Below, in pieces: positions 12,835-24,480 of a DNA stretch of 64,000 nucleotides; positions within the stretch are counted from its first letter, which is position 1, and the number at the start of each line of letters is the position of its first letter. The notes under the pieces were generated by a model. It had not been told where the DNA came from and searched no databases. It worked only from the letters and a program-made list of their open reading frames with translations. The position numbers and the translations under genes are program-made. Source of the DNA: Octopus sinensis (Eukaryota); NCBI RefSeq assembly GCF_006345805.1, contig NC_043001.1, positions 125,922,001 through 125,986,000 of the forward strand, in the 5' to 3' direction.

Positions 12835-13029
12835 AATCAACAACAAAACAGTGTTTTCCCTGAGTGCTCCAATACATACTGTGAAACCAATAATGAACAT
12901 GACCCCACCAACAATGATGAACAGAAGGGCTGGGTCAAGGGCAACGTTGGTCAGTTTGCCAATGTTGTGGAACATATCCTTTTCCGTCCATGCCCACAGT
13001 CCAATGGCACATAGTGCACCGCCAATCAG
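12835..13029 (-). CDS. TSPAN5/17-like: Internal coding exon of a TspanC8-subfamily tetraspanin (end of TM1, small extracellular loop, TM2, start of TM3)
   Basis: Minus strand reads tttctttgcag|CTG ATT GGC...TTG ATT|gtaagt: a 195-bp phase 0-0 exon with canonical splice sites. Peptide LIGGALCAIGLWAWTEKDMFHNIGKLTNVALDPALLFIIVGGVMFIIGFTVCIGALRENTVLLLI contains GLWAWxEK, DP and GCIGALREN-like motifs typical of TSPAN5/14/17/33. No other exon was recognised in the window. Confidence 0.93.
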
Positions 13030-13432
13030 CTGCAAAGAAATAAGAAATGAACACTTGAAACAATTACTACACACAACAAATTACAGCATATAATACACTA
13101 TTACTGCATATGAAGGGGTGCTGAAAATCTTGTAAACAAGCATGATGCAAAGATTCCGAGGTGCCAACACTGCACCAATTTTCAAGATGGCACACTGTAT
13201 AAAAATAATAATAATTATAATTCAGGTTTCCCACCCCACCTCCCCTCTTTCCCTTCCCATATGTATATGTATAGATATTGGAGTGCCCAAAAATATATCC
13301 ATGTACATATATATAAATAAATATATCTGTGTGAAAGTATGTGTATGACTGCATTTGTTGATTGGTGTATGTATGCATGTGTATGTGTGTGTGTGTATAT
13401 ACACACACACACACACACCCACACACAAAGGT

Positions 13433-13652
13433 GGCGAGCTGGCAGAAACGTTAGCATGCCGGGCGAAATGCGTAGCTGTATTTCATCTGTTGTTACTTTC
13501 TGAGTTCAAATTCCGCCGAGGTCGACTTATCCTTTCAGGGTTGATAAATAAAGTACCAGTTTCACACTGGGGTCAATGTAATCAACTTAATCCCTTTGTC
13601 TGTCCTTGTTTGTCGCCTCTATGTTTAGCCCCTTGTGGGTAGTAAAGAAATA
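13433..13652 (+). mobile_element. SINE B
   Basis: Same motifs, about 400 bp upstream (on the gene's strand) of the tetraspanin exon. Confidence 0.85.
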
Positions 13653-13672
13653 TATATGTATGTATGTATGTA

Positions 13673-13714
<42 letters not shown>

Positions 13715-13728
13715 GATTCCCAGAGATG

Positions 13729-13897
13729 TATCATCATCATCATCATTTAACGTCCGCTTTCCATGCTGGCATGGGTTGGACAGTTCAACTGGGGTCTGGG
13801 AAGCCAGAAGGCTGCACCAGGCCCAGTCTGATCTGGCAGTGTTTCTACAGCTGGATGCCCTTCCTAACGCCAACCACTCCCTGAGTGTAGTGGGTGC
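13729..13897 (-). mobile_element. Family D fragment
   Basis: catcatcatttaacgtccgctttccatgc...ggatgcccttcctaacgccaaccac. Confidence 0.85.
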
Positions 13898-15650
13898 TAT
13901 ATATGTATATAAACATATGCAACTGATTGTATAGTTGTATAGGTGTGAGTGTATCTGTGTGTACATATGTGCATGTATACATGAATATATGTAAGGAAGG
14001 CTTTGTGGGTCTTTGAAATACAGAACAACAGAATACTGAAGGTTGGATAATAAAATTTCACATGTGCAGCCTAACATGAGGAACGGATCAAAACAGATCA
14101 GACAGTACTAAAACAAACATCCGATACATCCAATACCACTCGTAGCAGGCACGCAGAAGCACATTAACAGCAAGCGGAATGAAGCTGCCGACATCTACTA
14201 AATTCAAACGAGGAAGATGGATGTGTTAGCATCGAAGTCAAAGGTTTTTAAACTAATGGAGACAGCAACTGAATGTCGCTTGAGGGAATACAACGGGATC
14301 CCATTACACAGGTTGCATAATAAAATAGCTGAATATATGAAGAACTATGTTGTATGGGAAAATATGTAGTGATTAAAAAATAACTGTCCAACTGAACTCC
14401 TTTTTGTTGACTGTCTTATTCAATTTTACTTTCACACATGACGAATGCCTAAATCTAGACTTGGAAGTATATCATAATACTACTGGCTATTTGATAATTC
14501 TAAGGATGAATGAGCTCTATACTGTACTCTGCTACGTTCCTAACGGAATATACTTTATATATACATATATATATGTATATACAAATCAAAAAATAAGCAA
14601 CAAGAATGAATCCAGTAATCTTTATCTGTATATTTACCTTCCCTAAGATGTTATTAATTGATTTGGAAACTTTATATTATTAGAAAACCTATATAAAATT
14701 AGCTGAAGATTACTCAGGGGCTAAACACAGAGAGGACAAACAAGGACAGACAAACGGATTAAGTTGATCATATCGACCCCAGTGCGTAACTGGTACTTAT
14801 TTAATCATATGACCTTACAGCAGCACCCTCTCCAATGAGGGTTTGACCATAGTATGTAATAGTTAACAGAGCTATCTGAATTTAGCCTAAGGCCCTGTTG
14901 AAAGACATGGGGGCAGCATGACATCATCCTCACTAGAAACACATCTGAAGACCATCACAGCTTGGTGGGGAACTTGGTTTTCATGATGCTCATATCACAT
15001 CTTACTGCATTGACAGTGTTCACAGAGTATTGAGCAGCAGTCATGATGTCAGCATTTTGAAACCTGGTGACAACTTGCTGGGGCTGCCTGTTGGAGCCCA
15101 TGCGGCAGGTATTTAAAGGGAGAAATTTGACAAGACAGTCAGTCACTCGCTGACGATACATCAAAGAGGCCAGGGAACAGAAGAAAGAAGAATAAAGAAG
15201 ACATGCACCCAACACCAGAGCTGAAGACACCTCCAAAAGGGGAGGCACCGCCACGCAAAACGGTAGAGGAGTAGGGGCCGAAACCGGACGTGGTTCCTCC
15301 TGATGATGTCTTGAGCTAACTGGATCCTATAAAGGAGCTGTTGTGGTAGTAGACCACGAAACACGGTTGTAATTCCTCCTATGATAATGGTAATTCTTTT
15401 CCAAAACTCAGACAATTCCCAGTACCCCGTGCCTGTTAATTCTTTCTCCCCTACAACTTTAATCCTTATGCTCTCCAACTTCATTGACTATTCTTTAATA
15501 CATCAGATTGTTCCTGAATAAAGGGGACAAAAAAAAATCAAATTTAACCCAAATACCCTGTATATATACAAACACACATACACAAATAAACATTATATAT
15601 ATAAATATATACACACACACACACACACAGTCACACACAAACATTATATA

Positions 15651-16454
15651 TTCTTTTATTTGTTTCAGTCATTTGACTGTGGCCATGCTGAAGCACGGCC
15701 TTCAGTCAAACAAATCGACCCCAGGACTTACTCTTTGTAAGCCTAGTACTTATCCTATCAGTGTCTTTTGCCGAACTGCTAAGTTACAGGGACGTAAACA
15801 CACCAACATCAAATTTCAAGTGATGGTGGGGGGACAAGCACAAGCATTTACATATATATATAGGCGAAGGAGTGGCTGTGTGGTAAGTAGCTTGCTAACC
15901 AACCACATGGTTCCGGGTTCAGTCCCACTGTGTGGCATCTTGGGCAAGTGTCTTCTGCTATAGCCCCGGGCCGACCAATGCCTTGTGAATGGATTTGGTA
16001 GACGGAAACTGAAAGAAGCCTGTCGTATATGTGTATATATATATGCGTATGTGTGTGTGTTTGTGTATGTGTGTTTGTCCCCCTAGCATTGCTTGACAAC
16101 CGATGCTGGTGTGTTTACGTCCCCGTCACTTAGCGGTTCGGCAAAAGAGACCATTAGAATAAGTACTGGGCTTACAAAGAATAAGTCCTGGGGTCGATTT
16201 GCTCGACTAAAGGCGGTGTCCAGCATGGCCGCAGTCAAATGACTGAAACAAGTAAGAGTAAAAAAGAGAGAGAAAGTATATATATATATATACGACTGGC
16301 TTCTTTCAGTTTCTGTCAAACAAATCCACTCACGAGGCTTTGGTTGGCCCACGGCTAAAGTAGAAGACACTTACCCAAGGTGCCACACAGTGGGACTGAA
16401 CCTGGAACTATGTGGTTGGTAAGCAAGCTACTTACCACACAGCTACTCCTGAGC
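15651..16454 (-). mobile_element. SINE A (minus) split by an antiparallel SINE A (15863-16276, plus)
   Basis: Minus 3' module 15651-15845, full plus copy, minus 5' module 16293-16454. Confidence 0.85.
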
Positions 16455-16457
16455 TTT

Positions 16458-16459
<2 letters not shown>

Positions 16460-16494
<35 letters not shown>

Positions 16495-16529
16495 TTCACA
16501 TACAAACATAAATATACGCACATTCACAT

Positions 16530-16583
<54 letters not shown>

Positions 16584-17322
16584 GTATATATAAACACATT
16601 CACATACAAGCATATATACACACATTCACATACCAACATATATACATACACACACATATACATACATATATTCACATATGAACATATATACATATACACA
16701 CATATACATATATTCCCATATGAACATATATACATATACACACATATACATACATATATTCACATATAAACATATATACATATATATATACATTCACATA
16801 GCAACATATATACATACATACATATATTCACATATGAACATATATACATATACACACATATACATATATTCCCATATGAACATATATACATATATACACA
16901 TATACATACATATACATACACACATATATACATACATATATTCACATATAAACATATGAACATATATACATATAAACATATGAACATATATACATATGAA
17001 CATATATACATATGAACATATATACATATGAACATATATACATATGAACATATATACATATGAACATATATACATATGAACATATATACATATGAACATA
17101 TATACATATGAACATATATACATATGAACATATATACATATGAACATATATACATATGAACATATATATACATATGAACATATATACATATGAACATATA
17201 TACATATAAACATATATACATATGAACATATATACATATGAACATATATACATATAAACATATATACATATAAACATATATACATATAAACATATATACA
17301 TATAAACATATATACATATATA
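16460..17322. repeat. TA/CA-derived minisatellite: ~44-bp units grading into (CATATGAACATATATA)n
   Basis: The 16-bp unit is repeated about 20 times from roughly 16950 to 17315, with a G/A variant (CATATAAACA). Confidence 0.9.
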
Positions 17323-17632
17323 TATAGAGAGATGACTAATTAATTTCAGTGATTTTTTTTTTAATATGCTAACTCAATTGCTAATGTACAATCTACATTG
17401 TAATTCTCTCAATACTATTTTGGCATGTACAATGATATCTATGCTTTTCTGAGACTGTCTACCAAAACTCAAACATGTCTGGAGTTGTCTTTAATATTAT
17501 TTTAAGCATTTTGGCAACTACTGATCATTGAACTAATACTGTCTTTACTACATTGCATAAGTATTTCCAATTAGATATTTCAATGCTCACTACTAAATAT
17601 GCTAAAACTATATATATATATATATATATATA

Positions 17633-17841
17633 TTGGGTTGTCCGGAAAGTTCGTGCCGATTTTTAAAGGAAAGAAAAAGGTCAATAAATACTTGCCATTA
17701 AATTTTTAATCAACCAAATATGAACCATTTTGTTGCACAATGCGTCTCCATCTTTCCTTTCACTTGAAAATATCCTCTTCCCAGAAATGAGTTGCCTGGG
17801 AGGGTAAGTCGAAATTGGCATGAACTTTCTGGACAACCCAA
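17633..17841 (-). mobile_element. Mariner-derived MITE (209 bp)
   Basis: TA|ttgggttgtccggaaagttcgtgccgattt ... aaattggcatgaactttctggacaacccaa|TA. Minus strand keeps the transposase C-terminus FWEEDIFK*KERWRRIVQQNGSYLVD*. Confidence 0.88.
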
Positions 17842-18082
17842 TATATACATACACACACACATATACATTCGTATATATTCTTGTATTTGTTTCAGTCATT
17901 TGACTGCGACCTTGCTGGAGCATGCCTTAAAGGGTTTTGTTTGTTTTTTAGTCAAAGTAATCAACCCTAGTACTTATTCTTTGAAAGCCTAGTACTTACT
18001 CTATTGGTGTCCTTGTCTGAACCACTAAGTTGAAAGCACACCAACATTGGTTGTCAAGCAATGGTGGAGAGGGGACAAAGGT

Positions 18083-18970
18083 GGCGAGCTGGCAGAAACA
18101 TTAGTACACTAGGTGAAATACTTAGTGGTATTTTGTCTGTCTTTACGTTCTAAGTGCAAATGCCACCAAGGTCAACTTCGCCTTTCATCCTTTCAGGGTT
18201 GATAAATAGGTCGACCCCAGTTGCGTACTGGCTAGATAAAGCTAGTTTAAATCCTAAAGGGTCAAATCACTTTAAAGCAGAAATTGTATCACAGAACCAG
18301 GGGTGACCTCAGGTGGAATTGGTATCAAAAAGGCGAAAGAAAGTAGAAATCATTGCCGTTACTCTAAGAGGCAGAATTGTGAGAGCATTGGACAAAATGC
18401 TTTGTAATATTAAGTTTTCTAGGCTCTTTACATTCTGAGTTCAAATCCTGCCAAACTAAACTTTAGCTTGTCCTCCCTCAGAGATGGGTGTGGAGGAGTT
18501 GATAAAATAAAGTCCCTGTCAAGTACTAGAAGCAATTTAATCAAGTCATACTCCAGCTTTGTGCCCTGTATCAGAAACAATTAAGAGCCCTCATTAAAGT
18601 GTCAAATAATTAAAAAAAAAAGGGAGGGGCCTGGTATTATTTGTTCCAGCTCCTTGAATTCTGAATTCAAATCCTGCCAAAGTTTGCCTTTCATACTTTT
18701 GGGGCTGATAATATGAAATAGCAGTCAAGTACTATATTCAACGGTACCAACTTACAAAATTGCTGGCCTTGCGCCTAAAACAGAAATTATTATTTTAAGG
18801 TGGTGTGGATTGGTAGAATCATAAGAGCATCAACCTTTGTGATAATCCACTGGGTTCTTTACATTCTGAGTTTAAATCATGCCAAGGCCAACTTGCCTTC
18901 TCTCTGTGTAGGGCAGATAAAATAAAATACCAGTCAAGTACTGGGAAGATGATTTAATTGACTAATGCTC
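18083..18970 (+). mobile_element. Cluster of SINE B copies of increasing divergence
   Basis: ttacattctgagttcaaat.ctgcc...gcctttcatcc repeated about four times. Confidence 0.65.
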
Positions 18971-19002
18971 TTCCACCTCCAAATTTGTGGTCTTATGCCT
19001 CT

Positions 19003-19211
19003 CTTTCTCTCTTTTACTTGTTTCAGTCATTTCACTGCGGCCATGCTGGAGCACCGCCTTTAGTTGAGCAAATCGACCCCGGGACTTTATTCTTTGTAAG
19101 CCCAGTACTTATTCTATCGGTCGCTTTTTGCCGAACCACTAAGTGATGGGGATGTAAACACACCAGCATCGGTTGTCAAGCAATGCTAGGGGGACAAACA
19201 CAGACACACAA

Positions 19212-19242
<31 letters not shown>

Positions 19243-19410
19243 CATATATACGACAGGCTTCTTTCAGTTTCCGTCTACCAAATCCACTCACAAGGCATTG
19301 GTCGGCCCGGGGCTATAGCAGAAGACATTTGCCCAAGATGCCACGCAGTGGGATTGAACCCGGAACCATGTGGTTGGTTAGCAAGCTAATTACCACACAG
19401 CCACTCCTGT
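19003..19410 (-). mobile_element. SINE A
   Basis: Full-length reverse complement. Confidence 0.88.
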
Positions 19411-19423
19411 GTCTATGTTAGAA

Positions 19424-19455
<32 letters not shown>

Positions 19456-20244
19456 ATAACTGTTATTCTCCCTCTACCATGATGTCACATTGACTAATTG
19501 CCGCCCACATTACATACCAAGATTGAGGACAGTTGTCCTAAAGTAATCAACTGCCTTTCGGATGGTGTGATGGGAGAGGAGGTGGTGGTGGTGGTGGTGG
19601 TGGTGGCTGTCAAGGAAATATCTGTATCTCAATTGCGTACTGAATCTGAAGAGCTGTTTAAAAAAAATATTACTGACTAATGGAAATTCTATACTTTCTC
19701 TAATGTAATTTTTACATGATAGTTTTCTAAAATTATTCCTTTTTCCCCCACAGCCAGGAAGTCATTTTGTTTCCCTACTATTTGATTTATAAATAACATT
19801 TTATATCAGGTGGTGTGTGTTTGTGTGCGTTTTGTCTTGGTTTTCACTTGCAGATCTAATAAGGATGGATACTTCAGTGACACATCATAACAGGATAGGG
19901 GATGGATGAGGGGTGGGGCGATGATCTGTCGAATGTGCAACATGAAGTTGCAAGACAGACAGACAGACTAAAGTGTAAGACAGTTGATTAGAGCAACTGG
20001 TGGGTTGTAGAGCAATTGATCATAATGACAGCACAAGGCAGTAATAATGGTGCAACGAATGAGGTGTTGGATGGCAGTTGAAACATGAGCAGCGATAGTA
20101 AGGCATCTGCAGAAACTGGAGGAATAAAAGTTACGATCTTGTGGATCAGTAAAGGATAATGATTAAGGTTCAATAGCAATGGATTATGACGGCATTCATT
20201 GATAAATAAATGCTAGCAGAGATGAATATATTTTGGTTTAACAT

Positions 20245-20541
20245 TTAGACTAATAATCCTTTAGCATTCAGATTACTGTCAAATGCAATGCTTAAAAAGC
20301 ATCTGTACCATTGCTGCATAAAAGTGCCCAGTACACTCTGTAAAGTGGTTGGCGTTAGGAAGGGCATCTGGCCATAGAAACCATGCCAAAACAGACAATT
20401 TGAACCTAAACATCTCTTCAGTTGGCCAGCTCCTGTCAAACTGTCCAACCTATGCCAGTATGGAAAATAGATGTTAAGTGATGATGATGATTGTTTTGAA
20501 TTAATCATGCATTATTTTGTAGCTTTGGGATCTGACTAGCC
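20245..20541 (-). mobile_element. Partial family F MITE with an RTE tail inserted (20290-20495)
   Basis: cctttagcattcagattactgtcaaatgcaatgctta ... gttttgaattaatcatgcattattttgtagc flank a D fragment. Confidence 0.6.
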
Positions 20542-22084
20542 TGAGGGTTGCGTTCATCTTGAGTGTCTGCATCTGCAAGGTTTCTACAGCTGTATGCTCT
20601 GCCTAAAGCCAACCACTTTACAGAGAGTACAGCACTAGTGAGATCACCATATAACTCACAAGACAAGACTACTTCACAGAGTTAGGGTACAGTATTGAGG
20701 AAAGAGGCTTTACACCAGGGGTAGAGAAGCTAAAGCAGGGAAGAAGGACAGGAATAGGTGTCTTGCTGTAAAGGAGCTACGTGGCTACACCAGCAACAAA
20801 GGAAGAAAAGATAGTAGGGATGAGCTATCAAAGGTGTACCTCAAAGTACAAAATGGTGGACAGAGAGAATAGGGACAGAGGATGGTCAGATGGGAAGGCA
20901 GAAGGATGCAGTGAAGCATGGAGAATGCAGAAGATGCACAGTGGCAGAAACAGACGCCAGGCATACATAGGGATACCTATATAGTGAATGACAAAAAAGG
21001 GACGCAATTAAAGGCTTGAGTGACAATCCATTTTTCCCAAGTGTATCAAGGACTACATTATTCAATATGATCTTTTTAAAATAACCAAATACAAAAGGAA
21101 CTATTTGGTAATTTTTCTTTCTTTTTTTTTTCTTTTCCAGTAGCATGAGTCCTAGGGCAATTGGTACCCTGGATATGCTAATGTTCTTTTAACAAGATGG
21201 GATTAGGATTATGATATTTCAACTCAGTTTATAGTTGAAAGATAGCATTTTCTTCTACGAATTAACAAAAGTAGGTTCCTCTGTATAATTTAAAAACAAA
21301 ACAAAAGAGACAAAAAAATCCCTCTCTGCGTGTTGCTTTTCAAAGAATGTAGATACATGCCAAGAAATATTTAGTGCCTGTCATCTCGAAGCAATTGTTC
21401 CAATTGACAGTGCTTTGAGGTAGTGCTGAAATATACCTTAATTATTCTCATTAATAAATGTGCACCTGAACCACACCGAAAATTTAAAGCTTATTATTAA
21501 CTCAAAGCCAAACACAATTATTTTTTTTTTTTTTCAAAAGCAAGCAAGGGAATTATTATTTCTTGTCAGTTCACAAAGAAACATACAAATTAGAGCATTA
21601 CAGAAAGAAATTGCGGATAGTACAATTAAAGGAATATAAAAGAGAACAAAACTACAAGATTATGCCCAAAAGTAGTGATTATTAAATGCTGGGTATCACT
21701 AAGTACAAATTCAATTTTAAAAACATATAATTGAACATGATAATTTGATTCGAACAAAAAAATATTAACATTATCCTTTTCATGAGAAAATTTTTAATGG
21801 AATCTATCATCTTTGTATTTCAAGTGAATTTGAAAATAATCAAGAATTTTGAAATATTCAAGTAAAATAACTAAAATAACTTGCACATTAATAATGTGAA
21901 AGTTTTATGTTCTAAATGCCATTTTAATAAGATGGCATTTAGATCACAGAAGTTTCTTATATAAAATTATGATAGAACGTTTTGATTTCAATCTGAACAC
22001 TTTAAAATAAGTTTCATATCACAGAACTAAAGGCAGTTTTAGCTGGGTTGGTAATCAAAATGGTTTACGTGTGTGTGTATGTGT

Positions 22085-22497
22085 GTGTGTATGTAGGGTA
22101 AAGACCCCTTTCAGTCATGAATGACCATGGGATTGCTCCTAGAAAGTTCCCCTCCAAGGCACAGGTCTGGGCAAGGTTGTTTGATTGTATTATTGCCCAT
22201 ACAGGTGCACAAAGAGGGGGATCTGGACAAGGCTGTTTATGAAAGCCAGCAGTCACCCATGCATACCAGCCCCACCTGTCTCTATGCCACTGATGTTATC
22301 CAAGGAAAAGGCAAAGGCCGATTACAGCTTGACAACAGTGACGTTGCAACTCATTTCTACAGCTGAGTGAACTGGAGCAACATGAAATAAAGTGTCTTGC
22401 TCAAGAACACAACACACAGCCCAGTCCAGGAACTGAACTCACTGCCTCATGATTGTGAACCCAATGCTCTAACCATTGAACCAAGCACCTTAACAAG
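22085..22497 (-). mobile_element. SINE family G
   Basis: Homologous to 6640-6935 and includes the gtgttgtgttcttgagcaagacactttatttcatgttgctccag domain. Confidence 0.75.
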
Positions 22498-22506
22498 TGT
22501 GAGATT

Positions 22507-22594
22507 CTTACAGCACCTAAGTTTCCCAAGTGGTCACTCATCTAAGAACTAACTTGCTTAACTTTGGTAATTGGACAAGAACCAGAGCATTCAA
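22507..22594 (-). pseudogene. Inverted copy of the same 5S rRNA-derived fragment
   Basis: Reverse complement of 24064-24151 with 3 substitutions and the same deletion. Confidence 0.75.
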
Positions 22595-22614
22595 TGTGTG
22601 TATATATACACAGT

Positions 22615-22966
22615 GTGGAGGCGCAATGGCCCAATGGTTAGGGCAGCGGGCTCGCGGTCATAGGATTGCGGTTTCGATTCCCAGACCGGGCGTTGTGAGT
22701 GTTTACTGAGCGAAAACACCCAAGCTCCACGAGGCTCCTGCAGGGGGTGGTGGTGATCCCTGCTGTACTCTTTCACCACAACTTTCTCTCACTCTTACTT
22801 CCTGTTTCTGTTGTACCTGTATTTCAAAGGGCCGAGAACTACGGTAAGGGTACACGTGTCTGTAGAGTGCTCAGCCACTTACACGTTAATTTCACGAGCA
22901 GGCTGTTCCGTTGATTCGGATCAACCGGAACCCTCGTCGTCGTAACCGACGGAGTGCTTCCCCCCT
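22615..22966 (+). mobile_element. SINE family C (tRNA-like head) with a 12-bp TSD
   Basis: A box tggcccaatgg and B box ggtttcgattcc. TSD TATATACACAGT (22603-14, 22967-78). ~35-bp internal deletion relative to the 47912 copy. Confidence 0.88.
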
Positions 22967-22972
22967 TATATA

Positions 22973-24049
22973 CACAGTACTGTACAAAAGTCTTCAGACG
23001 TTTCCCATTGCGTTTTTTAGAGATGAAACATTGGCCCTGTTAGAGTCATTTCCGTGGTTAACCATTATATTTTGTACTAGGGTTTCTGAATGAAAGAAGA
23101 TGTGAGACGACCACCAAAAATGGCCATGCAAAAGTTTACGGCCACCTCACATAAAGCAATCAAGATACAGTGTTTTAAAACAGAAAAATGTCTATAATGA
23201 AAATTTATTACATAATTTTCATTTCAAGAAGTTACTGTCATCATCATCATCATCGTTTAACGTCCGCTTTCCATGATAGCATGGGTTGGACGATTTTGAC
23301 TGAGGGCTGGCGAACCAGATGGCTGCACCAGACTCCAATCTTGATCTGGCAGAGTTTCTACAGCTGGATGCCCTTCCTAATGCCAACAACTCCGAGAGTG
23401 TAGTGGGTGCTTTTTACGTGCCACCAGCACGGGGGCCAGTCAGGCGGTACTGGCAACGACCTCGCTCAAATCCTTTTACACATGCCACATGTGGCTTCCC
23501 TCAGCTTGAACAGTTGCTTCAATTTGCCTGGGAAGCCATGCGTACAAATCCTTCACCATCTTCACAAGTATGAGATGCCATTCTCTGTAGCTGAGTTCCT
23601 ACAACTCAAGATTGCGTGGATTCTTCTGACGATTTCTTCTCGTTAGTTCTGTCCACATTTGCTCAATGATATTTAAGTCAGGGCTCTGAGCTGGTCAATC
23701 TTTCAATACAGTAACACCTTCATTAGTGAGACTGTTGTGTTACATGCAATCTGTGGCATGGGGCTCTGTCATGCTGAAAACTCTCACCTTCATCCAAGTC
23801 TGGTAAGAAATTGTCCTTCAGCAACTGGATGTATTTGGTACTATTTCCTTTAACAGTAAGGAACTGCTTTATGTGAGGTGACCGTAAACTTTTGCACAGC
23901 CATTTCTGGTGGTCGTCTCACATCTTCTTTCATTCAGAAACCCTACTACAAAATATAATGGTTAACCACTGAAATGACTAACAGGGCCCAATGTTTCATC
24001 TCTAAAAAACGCAATGAGAAACATCTGAAGACTTTTGTACAGTACTGTG
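22973..24049 (-). mobile_element. Tc1-type (DD34E) element relic with ~185-bp inverted ends and an RTE-tail insertion
   Basis: TA|CACAGTACTGTACAAAAG...CTTTTGTACAGTACTGTG|TA. Minus-strand remnant reads NSTKYIQLL...FQHDRAPCH...D*PAQSPDLNIIEQMW...LPRQIEATVQAEGSH (~23490-23845). Confidence 0.88.
23238..23470 (-). mobile_element. Family D inserted in the Tc1 relic
   Basis: Same motifs, one array unit. Confidence 0.8.
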
Positions 24050-24063
24050 TATATATACACACA

Positions 24064-24151
24064 TTGAATGCACTGGTTCTTGTCCAATCACCAAAGTTAA
24101 GCAAGTTAGTACTTAGATGAGTGACCACTTGGGAAACTTAGGTGCTGTAAG
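24064..24151 (+). pseudogene. 5S rRNA-derived fragment with an ~11-nt internal deletion
   Basis: ttgaatgcactggttcttgtccaatcaccaaagttaagcaa^gttagtacttagatgagtgaccacttgggaaacttaggtgctgtaag aligns to the central and 3' part of metazoan 5S rRNA (box A AGTTAAGCA, box C-like GATGAGTGAC). Confidence 0.75.
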
Positions 24152-24185
24152 AATCTCACACTTGTGGAGGTGCTTGGTTCAATTG

Positions 24186-24480
24186 TGCGTAGATTTGGTA
24201 GACAGAAACTGAAAGAAACCTCTAGAATATTTATGTATATATATATGTGTGTGTGTGTGTGTATATCAGTGTTTGTCCCCCCTCCCCCACATCACAATTG
24301 ACAACCAAAGTTTGTGTGTTTACATTCCCGTAACTTAGTGATTCAGCAAAAGAGACTGATAGAAAAAGTACCAGGCTTTAAAAATAAGTACTGGGATCAA
24401 TTCAGTCAACTAAAAATTCAAGGCAGTGCCCCAGCATGGGCGCAGTCCAATGACTGAAACAAGTAAAAGATAAAAGAAAG
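24186..24480 (+). mobile_element. SINE A lacking its 5' head
   Basis: Starts inside the central domain (gatttggtagacagaaactg), directly after the inverted-duplication arm. Confidence 0.75.

Noticed and set aside
16412-17317. Long Y/I/H/T- or C/V/M-rich ORFs (also 4895-5575, 32014-32629, 55309-56070)
   Set aside because: Microsatellite and minisatellite frames that simply lack stop codons.
22615-22690. tRNA-like sequences at the heads of SINE A, B, C and G
   Set aside because: They have A and B boxes but no complete cloverleaf and continue into SINE bodies, so they are not tRNA genes.
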